Source: an uncultured Alphaproteobacteria bacterium (GTDB lineage Bacteria > Pseudomonadota > Alphaproteobacteria > Rhodobacterales > Rhodobacteraceae). From it: a stretch of DNA of 64,000 nt. The first letter of the stretch is position 1. Each line of letters begins with the position of its first letter. Under the pieces are notes generated by a model. The model saw only the letters and a list, made by a program, of their open reading frames with translations. It did no database searches and was not told the DNA's origin. The stretch covers positions 13,282-77,281 of the forward strand of contig CACGLH010000006.1 in assembly GCA_902573735.1 (NCBI GenBank), given 5' to 3'. The position numbers and the translations under genes were made by a program. Positions 31,819 to 42,484 of the stretch are shown here, piece after piece.

Positions 31819-32687
31819 TGAATAGGTCTTTTATATTTTTAATTTTCTTCGTTGTTATTTTTATTGGTGTTACTTCCTCCATTTTTGTAGTTGATGAAAG
31901 AGAAAAAGCTTTAGTATTACAATTTGGTCAAGTAAAAAGTGTAAAAACTGACCCAGGTATTAAATTTAAAGTTCCTTTAATACAAAATGTAGTTAGATAC
32001 GACGATAGAATTCTGTCTTTGGACACTATGCCACTAGAAGTTACACCTCTTGATGGAAGAAGATTAGTTGTAGATGCTTTTGCCAGGTATAGAATAGTAG
32101 ATGTAGTTGTGTTTAGAAAAGCTGTTGGAACTGGGGGTACAGCTTCTGCAGAAGTTAGATTGGAAAGAATTTTGAACGCTGCTTTGAGAGAAGTTTTAGG
32201 ATCTGTTACATCTAATGCTGTTACTTCTGCTGATAGGGTTGAATTAATGACAAGAATAAGAGATGCAGCTATTACAGAAGCTGGAGGCTTAGGTGTTGAG
32301 ATTGTTGACGTTAGAATTAAAAGAGCAGATTTACCAACTCAAAATCTAGCAGCTACTTTCCAGAGAATGCAAGCAGAACGCGAAAGAATGGCAGCTGACG
32401 AAAGAGCAAGGGGAAGAGAAGCCGCACAAAGAGTAAGAGCTCTTGCAGACAGAAAGGCAATGGAAATAGTTTCAGAAGCAAGAAGGGATGCTGAAATAAT
32501 TAGAGGTGAAGCAGATGCAGAAACTACTCGTTTGCTAGCTGATGCATTCGGTAGAGATCCTGAATTTTATGCATTTGTCAGGTCTTTAAAAGCTTATGAA
32601 GGATCAATGACTGGTAAGAACACTACAATAGTCTTAAATCCAGACTCAGAATTTTTCGACTACATTAAAGAAAGTGGCTCGAAATAA
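31818..32687 (+). CDS. hflC: FtsH protease modulator HflC
   Basis: TM, VDERE.ALVLQFG, DVRIKRADLP, RM.AER, DPEFY.F.RSL.AY, FF.Y. Confidence 0.97.
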   Translation: MNRSFIFLIFFVVIFIGVTSSIFVVDEREKALVLQFGQVKSVKTDPGIKFKVPLIQNVVRYDDRILSLDTMPLEVTPLDGRRLVVDAFARYRIVDVVVFRKAVGTGGTASAEVRLERILNAALREVLGSVTSNAVTSADRVELMTRIRDAAITEAGGLGVEIVDVRIKRADLPTQNLAATFQRMQAERERMAADERARGREAAQRVRALADRKAMEIVSEARRDAEIIRGEADAETTRLLADAFGRDPEFYAFVRSLKAYEGSMTGKNTTIVLNPDSEFFDYIKESGSK

Positions 32688-32872
32688 TGGATAAAATCTT
32701 GTTTGCTCTGGGTTCAGTAGCTGTTTTTGAAGGTTTTTTTTTGGCTATAGCTCCTGGAAGGATTCCTAAAGTTTTAGAGATGTTGTCAAAGTTTTCTAAT
32801 TCTGAATTATCTAGGTTTGGACTAATTATTATGGCAGTTGGCGTAGCAATATTGATGGTTTCTGGTGTATAG
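32687..32872 (+). CDS. DUF2065 (YjeT-like) small membrane protein
   Basis: ALG.V.VFEG, L.R.GL; follows hflC. Confidence 0.85.
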   Translation: MDKILFALGSVAVFEGFFLAIAPGRIPKVLEMLSKFSNSELSRFGLIIMAVGVAILMVSGV

Positions 32873-32894
32873 ATTTTTTTAATGGAGCGTTTAG

Positions 32895-34779
<1,885 letters not shown>

Positions 34780-34785
34780 ATTAAT

Positions 34786-36057
34786 TTAATTAGTCAAATT
34801 AGTGAGTATGTTTTTTGCTATGTCTTTTCTGTGGAACTCATTCTCCCAATTTATTTTATCTACCACTTCATAAGTTTTCTTTCTAGCATCATTTAAATTT
34901 GAAGATCTTGCAGTTATGCTTAAAACCCTTCCTCCATTAGTGACAATATTTTCATCTATACATTTTGTTCCAGAGTGAAATATTTCTATATCTGTAGAAT
35001 TATTAAATTTCTCTATACCCTTTATTTTAAAACCAGTTTCATATTTGTTTGGGTACCCACCTGAAGCCATTACAACAGTAACACCAAAATCGTCTGCGTA
35101 ATTAATTTTTATTTTACTGAATTCATTTGTAGAACAATAAAATAGAGCATCTAATAGTTGTGCACCAAGTCTAATTGCAATTACTTGGCATTCTGGGTCT
35201 CCTAATCTTACGTTGTATTCTATAAGTTTAGGTCCCTTATGAGTGATCATCAAACCAGCATAAAGAATTCCGGTAAAAGGGGTTCCCCTTTCATCCATTT
35301 CTATTAAAGTTGGAGTGACAATTTTATCTAAAATTTCTTTCTCTACTTCTGGTGATATATTTAAAGCAGGAGAAAAAGCACCCATACCACCAGTGTTCGC
35401 ACCTAGATCTTTATCATAGATCTTTTTATAATCTTGAGCACTTCCTAATAATTTAAAATTTTTCCCATTGCAAACCACAAATAGACTAGCCTCATTTCCA
35501 ACCAGAAACTCTTCGATTAATAAGGTAATTTTTTTGTTTCGTTTAAGATATATATTTTTAATTATTTCAATAGCCTCGGATTTTTTGGTTGAGATGAATA
35601 CTCCTTTACCAGCTGCAAGACCATCCAGTTTTATAACAAATGGTGGTACGAATTTTTCAATAAAATTAAGGGCATCTTCTTTTGAAGTTGCTAAAATATA
35701 ATTAGCAGTAGGTATGTTTTTAATGTCACATATTGATTTTGTAAAACTTTTTGATGACTCTAAAAAAGCTGCCTCCTTAGTTGGTCCGAAGCTAAGTATA
35801 TTATTTTTAGTTAGACTATTTATTAATCCGTTAGCCAATGGAGCCTCAGGACCTACTACAACAAAATCTATTTTGTTTAACTTGCAGTATGAAATTATAA
35901 GTTCATTATCTAGAATATTTAAATCCTTACAAATAGCTAGTTGTTTGATACCAGCATTACCTGGGATACAATGAATTGCTTGACATTTGGGATTCTGAGA
36001 AAAAGCCCAAACTAATGAATGTTCTCGTCCACCACTTCCTATGACAAGTATTTTCAA
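34786..36057 (-). CDS. purD: Phosphoribosylamine--glycine ligase
   Basis: GSGGREH, GPEAPL, ESSK, K.DGLAAGKGV, NTGGMGA, EYNVRLGDPE, GGRVL. Confidence 0.98.
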   Translation of the reverse strand: MKILVIGSGGREHSLVWAFSQNPKCQAIHCIPGNAGIKQLAICKDLNILDNELIISYCKLNKIDFVVVGPEAPLANGLINSLTKNNILSFGPTKEAAFLESSKSFTKSICDIKNIPTANYILATSKEDALNFIEKFVPPFVIKLDGLAAGKGVFISTKKSEAIEIIKNIYLKRNKKITLLIEEFLVGNEASLFVVCNGKNFKLLGSAQDYKKIYDKDLGANTGGMGAFSPALNISPEVEKEILDKIVTPTLIEMDERGTPFTGILYAGLMITHKGPKLIEYNVRLGDPECQVIAIRLGAQLLDALFYCSTNEFSKIKINYADDFGVTVVMASGGYPNKYETGFKIKGIEKFNNSTDIEIFHSGTKCIDENIVTNGGRVLSITARSSNLNDARKKTYEVVDKINWENEFHRKDIAKNILTNLTN

Positions 36058-36137
36058 TTTTAGCCCATTAAATTTTTGTTATTAGAATCGAATTTATTAG
36101 TTAACATATATTAATCATTATTATGGGAAATTAAAAA

Positions 36138-37493
36138 TTGATAAATAATTTTACAAATTTAAAAGAGTTTTCTGTATCTGAAATTTCTTTATCCATAAAA
36201 AAACATATTGAAAATGAGTTTACTTTAGTCAAAGTAATTGGTGAATTAGGTAGGATATCAAAACCTTCTTCTGGACATATATATTTTGATATGAAAGACG
36301 AAAAATCTAGTTTATCTTGTGTTGTTTGGCGTAATACTTTGAAAGATCAAGAAGAGTTTTTGGAAGAAGGCTCCGAGGTTATTGCATTAGGAAGAATAAC
36401 TACTTTTTCTGGTCAAAGTCGATATCAACTTGTAGTTCAAGACGTATTCCCTTCTGGTGCAGGAAGTTTAATGGCTTTGTTTCAAAAAAGAAAACAAAGA
36501 TTTTTAAATGAAGGTTTATTTGATCAATCTAGGAAAAAACCCATTCCATATTTGCCAGAGGTAATAGGGGTTATAACTTCAGAAAGTGGGGCAGTTTTTC
36601 AAGATATACTTCATCGATTAAAAGAGCGTTTTCCAAGAACAGTAATATTATGGTCGGTTCCTGTACAAGGTGAAGAAAGTGCAAGAAGAGTAGCTGAAGC
36701 TATTGTTGGATTTAATTCATTTGAATTTAATAAACAAGATAAAAGACCTGATTTATTAATAGTTGCCAGGGGAGGTGGTTCTTTAGAAGATTTATGGGGA
36801 TTTAATGAAGAAATAGTAATTAAGGCTGTAGCTAACAGTAAAATACCAATAATTTCAGCGATTGGGCATGAAACAGATACCACTTTAATTGATTATGTAG
36901 CTGATAAGAGAGCTCCCACACCAACTGCTGCTGCAGAAATGGCGGTTCCTGAAAAAAAACAATTATCAGAACAAATAAAAAACTTATGTCTAAGACTTGA
37001 TCGATCTATCGATACTAAAATTGAATGGGAAAAACAAAAAATATCTTCATTTGCAAAAAGTATAAATAATGTAACATTCATTTTATCTGATTTTAATCAG
37101 CGCTTCGATATTTTAATGATAAAATTCCCAAATATTCTTCTTAGTTATTTACAAAGGAAAAGAGAAAATCTCTTTAAGTTAAATCTATCTATGATTGAAA
37201 AAAATAATTTATTAAAAGATATTAGATTTAGAAAAGATGGCTTAGTAAAGATAGAGAAATCAATAAATCTTTTATTTAAAAATGTTTTAGATACAAAAAA
37301 AAACTACATAGACAATTTATATAAAATTTATAGTGCCTTAAGTTATAAAAGAACACTTGCAAGAGGATATTCGATTATAAGAGACAAAAAAATGAATTTG
37401 GTTACTAGTAAAACTTCTGCTATTAAAGCTCATGAATTATCAATCGAATTTAGTGAAGATACAATTGAAGTTGAAGTAAAAAGTAACAAATAG
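36138..37493 (+). CDS. xseA: Exodeoxyribonuclease VII large subunit
   Basis: SGHIYF, VITS..GA, ARGGGSLEDLW.FNEE, SAIGHETD, RAPTPTAAAE, LARGY. Confidence 0.97.
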   Translation: MINNFTNLKEFSVSEISLSIKKHIENEFTLVKVIGELGRISKPSSGHIYFDMKDEKSSLSCVVWRNTLKDQEEFLEEGSEVIALGRITTFSGQSRYQLVVQDVFPSGAGSLMALFQKRKQRFLNEGLFDQSRKKPIPYLPEVIGVITSESGAVFQDILHRLKERFPRTVILWSVPVQGEESARRVAEAIVGFNSFEFNKQDKRPDLLIVARGGGSLEDLWGFNEEIVIKAVANSKIPIISAIGHETDTTLIDYVADKRAPTPTAAAEMAVPEKKQLSEQIKNLCLRLDRSIDTKIEWEKQKISSFAKSINNVTFILSDFNQRFDILMIKFPNILLSYLQRKRENLFKLNLSMIEKNNLLKDIRFRKDGLVKIEKSINLLFKNVLDTKKNYIDNLYKIYSALSYKRTLARGYSIIRDKKMNLVTSKTSAIKAHELSIEFSEDTIEVEVKSNK

Positions 37494-37548
37494 TTTTCTT
37501 ATTATTAGAAATGTTAAAACTTCTTATAATTAATAAATAGGATACTTA

Positions 37549-38754
37549 ATGAAATTCTTTAGAAAATTAAAGGAAAAATTATTTTCTACGTCATCAAAAT
37601 TAAACAATGGTTTAGAAGAGATTGTTGATAAACAAAAAGATGAAATCTTTAATCAAGATAATAATGAGAATGAAGATTCCAATAATCATATTTCATCAAA
37701 TATGAAAGAAGACTTAAGGGAACAAAAAAAAGAAATAGAAACAGCAAGAATTAAGGATGAAAAAAGAAATAAAGTTACTGAAAAGCAGCCGTCTTTTTTT
37801 GAAAAAAATAAGAAGACTAATATTGAATTAGATGAAAAACAAATAGAGACACAAGAAAAAAAACCTAGTTTTTTCAAAAAAATAATTAAATCTGTAGAAA
37901 AAGTAGCCAAAAGAAGGAAGTTAGATGACACTATGTTAACTGAGATTGAAGAGCTTTTGATCTCTTCTGATCTTGGTGTGGCTACATCCTCTTTTATAGT
38001 TGAAAAAATAAAAAAAGAAAATTTTTCAAAGGAACTAGATATCACTCAATTAAAACAACTAATCAGTAGTGCAATTTATGAAATTATGAATGCTCCAAAA
38101 ACTATTACTGAGATTAAAAATGATCAGCTAAATATTTGGCTTTTCGTCGGCGTTAACGGTTCTGGGAAAACCACAACCATAGGTAAAATTGCAAAACAAG
38201 AAAAAGAAAATGGTAATAAGGTAATACTGGCTGCTGCTGATACTTTCAGAGCAGCGGCTGTTGAACAACTTTCAATTTGGAGTGAACGTGCTGGGATTCC
38301 TATGATAAAGGGTGAGGAAAAGAGTGATCCTGCCTCTGTTGTTTATAAAGCAATAGAAGAATCTAAGAGAGGTAAATATGACCTACTTTTAATTGATACA
38401 GCTGGAAGACTTCAAAATAAAACAGATTTAATGGAAGAGCTTGAAAAAATAATAAGAGTAATAAAAAAACAAGATTCAACTGCACCTCACAATTGTATTA
38501 TTGTGCTAGATGCTACATCTGGTCAGAATGTAAATTCTCAAGTGGAAATATTCTCAAAAACTGCAGGTTTAACTGGGATTGTTATGACTAAATTAGATGG
38601 AACAGCAAGGGGTGGAGTATTAGTAAGTGTTACTAATAAGTTCAACTTACCTATATATAGAATTGGTTTAGGTGAAAAAATTGATGATTTGGAAATTTTT
38701 GATCCTAAACTCTTTTCAAAAGTTATTGTTGGTTTGGACAATGATACTATTTAA
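37549..38754 (+). CDS. ftsY: Signal recognition particle receptor
   Basis: GVNGSGKTTT, DTFRAAA, DTAGR, TKLDGTARGG. Confidence 0.98.
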   Translation: MKFFRKLKEKLFSTSSKLNNGLEEIVDKQKDEIFNQDNNENEDSNNHISSNMKEDLREQKKEIETARIKDEKRNKVTEKQPSFFEKNKKTNIELDEKQIETQEKKPSFFKKIIKSVEKVAKRRKLDDTMLTEIEELLISSDLGVATSSFIVEKIKKENFSKELDITQLKQLISSAIYEIMNAPKTITEIKNDQLNIWLFVGVNGSGKTTTIGKIAKQEKENGNKVILAAADTFRAAAVEQLSIWSERAGIPMIKGEEKSDPASVVYKAIEESKRGKYDLLLIDTAGRLQNKTDLMEELEKIIRVIKKQDSTAPHNCIIVLDATSGQNVNSQVEIFSKTAGLTGIVMTKLDGTARGGVLVSVTNKFNLPIYRIGLGEKIDDLEIFDPKLFSKVIVGLDNDTI

Positions 38755-38817
38755 CTAAAGTAAATTTCAGCATAAAAATTATGTTGATTGTATAATATAA
38801 CATAGGAGTACTGCACA

Positions 38818-39438
38818 GTGAATGAAGATAATAAGGAAAGACCTTTTTCAAAATTAGTTTTAGAAATTGGTCCACTAATTATATTTTTTGTGTGTTACTA
38901 TAAAGCACCAATACCTGAAAATATAGTAAATGATATAGATGCAGCAAATCTGTTTAAGATAATATTTGCAACTAAAATATTTGTGCCAGCAATTTTAATT
39001 GCTTTATTTATTAGCTGGTTACAAACAAAAAAAATAGCAAAAATGCCTTTAATTACGGCCATCTTGGTTGTTGTATTTGGAGGATTAACAATTTGGTTAA
39101 ATAATCCTGTATTTATCAAAATGAAACCAACAATTATTTATCTGATTTTTTCTGCAGTGTTAGTTTACGGGTTATTAAATAAAAAAAGTTATATAAAATA
39201 TTTAATGGGTTCAGCAATACCAATGAATGAAGAAGGCTGGTTTCTTTTGAGTAAGAGATTTGCAGGGTTTTTTATTTTACTTGCTTTAACTAATGAGATT
39301 ATCTGGAGATTTTTTTCTCAAGACTTTTGGGTAAATTTTAAAACATTTGGTTTACCAATTCTCTTGATTATATTTATGGCAATGCAGTTTAATTTATTCA
39401 ATAAATATTCAAATAAAATAAATAAAGATTTAGATTAA
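38818..39438 (+). CDS. yciB: Inner membrane protein YciB/IspZ
   Basis: EIGPL..FF, FGGLT, FIKMKPTI, NE..WR, WVNFK.FG. Confidence 0.93.
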   Translation: MNEDNKERPFSKLVLEIGPLIIFFVCYYKAPIPENIVNDIDAANLFKIIFATKIFVPAILIALFISWLQTKKIAKMPLITAILVVVFGGLTIWLNNPVFIKMKPTIIYLIFSAVLVYGLLNKKSYIKYLMGSAIPMNEEGWFLLSKRFAGFFILLALTNEIIWRFFSQDFWVNFKTFGLPILLIIFMAMQFNLFNKYSNKINKDLD

Positions 39439-39445
39439 TATTCGA

Positions 39446-39991
39446 TTATTGATTAATGAATTTATAAAATTTTGTTGTCATTATCTCTTTTGTAATTGGA
39501 CCGGCATGTCTAAATAAAACTCTACCTTCTTGATCAATTGCAAATGTCTCAGGTACCCCATAAACACCCCACTCTATTGCATTTCTTCCTGATTGATCTG
39601 TTCCAATTTTAAGAAACGGATTTCCATACTCTTTTAAAAAGTTAAGGGCTGAATTTTTTTTATCTTTGTAGTTTACTCCATAAAGTTCAACGTTTTCTAA
39701 TTCTGATAATCTTTCTAATTGAGGATGTTCTACTCTACAAGGTGGGCACCAACTAGCCCAAAAATTAACTAACCTGATTTTATTTTCCTTTATAGAATCT
39801 AAATCTTTTTTGCTTACTAAATCGTAATTCCCTAAGTTTTCAAGCACAAGAGGTGGGGGAGATTTACCAATTAAAACAGATGGTAGGCTTTCCCTATCAT
39901 ATTTTTGTAATGCAATAAAAGCTAATAGGATTAATAAAAAAAAAATTAAAAGAGGAAAAAATTTAAAAAAATTGATTTTTTTATTTATCAT
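39446..39991 (-). CDS. ccmG: Thiol:disulfide interchange protein CcmG/DsbE
   Basis: LPS.LIGK, VNFWASWCPPCRVEHP, GVYGVPETF. Confidence 0.96.
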   Translation of the reverse strand: MINKKINFFKFFPLLIFFLLILLAFIALQKYDRESLPSVLIGKSPPPLVLENLGNYDLVSKKDLDSIKENKIRLVNFWASWCPPCRVEHPQLERLSELENVELYGVNYKDKKNSALNFLKEYGNPFLKIGTDQSGRNAIEWGVYGVPETFAIDQEGRVLFRHAGPITKEIMTTKFYKFINQ

Positions 39992-40136
39992 TTAAATTAT
40001 CAATATTTAAATTTTTGAGGTCTCTTTTTACTTTTCTTGCGTCTAAATAGGTAGATACAATTACAATAGCTACAAGAGAAAATGTTCCTACGTAAGAAAT
40101 TAATATTTCAAAAGTATATTTGCCAAAATCCAACAT
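39981..40136 (-). CDS. ccmD: Heme exporter protein D (51 aa; absent from ORF track)
   Basis: Hand translation MLDFGKYTFEILISYVGTFSLVAIVIVSTYLDARKVKRDLKNLNIDNLNDK*; ATG overlaps the ccmC stop (TAATG); between ccmC and ccmG. Confidence 0.88.
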   Translation of the reverse strand: MLDFGKYTFEILISYVGTFSLVAIVIVSTYLDARKVKRDLKNLNIDNLNDK

Positions 40137-40876
40137 TAACCATCCCTAGCATTTAATAAAATATTAATTTTTCTTTTTTGTATTTCTGTCTTTATTCTTA
40201 TTAATAACAAAGTCAAAAACAATAATACAAATCCTATAATGCATATAATAAGAGGAAAATAAAATGCATTATCAATATTTTCCTCTTTATCTAATGATAG
40301 GGATGGCCCCTGATGAAGACCTTGATTCCAAAAAAACACAGCATATCTCGAAAGAAGTGCGAAAATAGAACCAACTATACATAGCCAGGATGATAAGTCT
40401 CCTATTTTATCACTGAACTTCATAGTCTGCCAAATTGACAAATATCCAAGATAAAACATTAATAAAATTGCAAAGGAAGTTAGTCTTGGATCCCAAGCCC
40501 AATATGTACCCCAAATTGGCTTTCCCCAAATTGCTCCAGTTAACATGGCTGACAAAGTCATAATTAGGCCAATTAATGCAGCTGATTTTGCAGCTATTAA
40601 ACTAACATGGTGCCTCCTTATTAACCAAATAATTGATGCTAAAAGCATCATGAAGTATATATTAATTGCTAGAAAAGCAGTTGGTACATGTATAAAAATG
40701 ATTTTTACTGATGATCCTTGCCTGTAATCCTCTGGTGTAAAAAATAGGCCCCATACTAGGCCTAAAGATAAGGTTATAATTGTTAATATCAAAAAAAAAG
40801 GTATGATTTTATTTGCTATACTTAAGAAATTATTTGGATTTGCAAACTCCCATATGTTTTTTCTAAATTTGATCAT
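40136..40876 (-). CDS. ccmC: Heme exporter protein C
   Basis: HVP, WWD motif WGKPIWGTYWAWDPRLT, LHQ. Confidence 0.97.
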   Translation of the reverse strand: MIKFRKNIWEFANPNNFLSIANKIIPFFLILTIITLSLGLVWGLFFTPEDYRQGSSVKIIFIHVPTAFLAINIYFMMLLASIIWLIRRHHVSLIAAKSAALIGLIMTLSAMLTGAIWGKPIWGTYWAWDPRLTSFAILLMFYLGYLSIWQTMKFSDKIGDLSSWLCIVGSIFALLSRYAVFFWNQGLHQGPSLSLDKEENIDNAFYFPLIICIIGFVLLFLTLLLIRIKTEIQKRKINILLNARDG

Positions 40877-40884
40877 TGGTTATC

Positions 40885-41547
40885 TCATGTGTAATGAATT
40901 TTAATTATTAGTGAAGTGATAAAAGGGGTAATTGCAATACATATCAATGATAAAGCAAAAAGAATTAAATGTGCCATGATGTCGTAGGTTGAATTTGTTA
41001 TTAAGAGAGATATTTTCATTCCAAATATAATAATAGGAAGAAAAGTAGGAAGTATAAAAATTGAAATTAATAAATTCCCTCCTTTTTCACCTAAAGTCAA
41101 AGCAGCCCCGATTGTTGAAATGAAGCTTAAAGCGGGTGTGGATAATAGCATTACAAAACAAATTAATATAGAATGGTATATTGTGATACCTAGAGGAAAA
41201 CTGATTAAAGGTATTAAGATTATAATAGGTAAATTGGTTGTTATCCAATGAACAATTGATTTAATAAAGATAATTGTTTCTATTGACGTATTTGATAAGA
41301 TATATAAATCAAGGGTACCATCATCAAAATCCTCCTGAAACATTGTTTTAATTGAAAGTAGAGAAGAAAGAGAAATGGCAATCCAAATTATTGCTAATAA
41401 AGTTTTTTCGGAACTTTCTCCAATTTGACTAAATCCAATACCAACTATTAAAATTAAAATAATAAAAAAACTTGTTGAAAGTAATATGCCTTTATTTGCT
41501 AATGCAAAAAGTAACTCATATTTCAAAAGGTGAAAACTCAATTTCAT
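40885..41547 (-). CDS. ccmB: Heme exporter protein B
   Basis: F..DF.DGTL, K..HW, GAALT, LP..LP..IFG; hydrophobic. Confidence 0.93.
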   Translation of the reverse strand: MKLSFHLLKYELLFALANKGILLSTSFFIILILIVGIGFSQIGESSEKTLLAIIWIAISLSSLLSIKTMFQEDFDDGTLDLYILSNTSIETIIFIKSIVHWITTNLPIIILIPLISFPLGITIYHSILICFVMLLSTPALSFISTIGAALTLGEKGGNLLISIFILPTFLPIIIFGMKISLLITNSTYDIMAHLILFALSLICIAITPFITSLIIKIHYT

Positions 41548-41551
41548 AGTA

Positions 41552-42187
41552 TTAAAGGAAAGGATCTCTTTCGCGGTTCTTAGGTGGATTTAAGGTCAAA
41601 ATTATATCTTGATTATTCGACGAAATGAAGGTTTCATGAGACGCCACTATTGCTATCCCTCCTTTTTTTTGGTGATCTTTTAAATAATTTTTTAATCTAC
41701 TTACATTTTCAATATCTAATGAAGTTGTAGGTTCATCTAAAAGCAAAACTTTCTTATCATCTATTGATAATCTTGATAAACCTACTCTTCTTTTTTGACC
41801 TTCGGAGCATTCATAAATTCTTCGATTAAGAATTTTTTTCAAATTAAATGAGTCCGACTCAAAGTTATATTTTTTTTCTGAGATACCTTCCCAGAAATCA
41901 ATTTGCTGTTTTACTGTTAGATAGTTCTTCAGAGAATTACTATGTCCTATGTAAAAAAAATTATTATAAATTATATCGTTCCTATTTGTTATATCTTCAT
42001 TGTTTAAACTGACTTTACCAGTCCATACTTTAATAAAGCCTGCTAATAATCTAAGGAGTGTTGATTTACCTGAACCATTCGGTCCTTTAATAAAGCAAAC
42101 ATCACCGGATTTAATTTTAAAACTTAGATCTGAAAAAATCAATTTTCCATCTCTTTTGCATGATAATGAGGATCCTATTAAATTCAT
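41552..42187 (-). CDS. ccmA: Heme ABC exporter ATP-binding protein
   Basis: GPNGSGKST, GH...K, SEGQKRR, LLDEP, ASH; first gene of ccm cluster. Confidence 0.95.
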   Translation of the reverse strand: MNLIGSSLSCKRDGKLIFSDLSFKIKSGDVCFIKGPNGSGKSTLLRLLAGFIKVWTGKVSLNNEDITNRNDIIYNNFFYIGHSNSLKNYLTVKQQIDFWEGISEKKYNFESDSFNLKKILNRRIYECSEGQKRRVGLSRLSIDDKKVLLLDEPTTSLDIENVSRLKNYLKDHQKKGGIAIVASHETFISSNNQDIILTLNPPKNRERDPFL

Positions 42188-42484
42188 TTTTTTAATTTCA
42201 TATTTACAGAAAACTAAATTTTTGATCTGATTTTTTTTACTATTTTATATACATAGTAATCAATTTTTTGAAATAATTAATATTAAAATATGAGTGATAA
42301 AATTTTTAAGGAAATTAATTCTCTTAAATTAAAAAATTCTTTTTATTTACATTTAATATTTGATAATTAAAGTTTGTATCCATTTACTTGCATTAATATC
42401 AATATTTAAAATAAGTTTATTACTTGAAAGCTTATGATTGTAAGTATAAATAGAACTACTTTAATTTTATAATGGGACAATAAA

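Noticed and set aside
42188..42484. AT-rich intergenic gaps (also 9805-10035, 45275-45523) as riboswitch/sRNA or CtrA/FNR sites
   Set aside because: No GC-rich stems or recognisable aptamer; TTAA/TTGA-type matches are expected by chance at this composition
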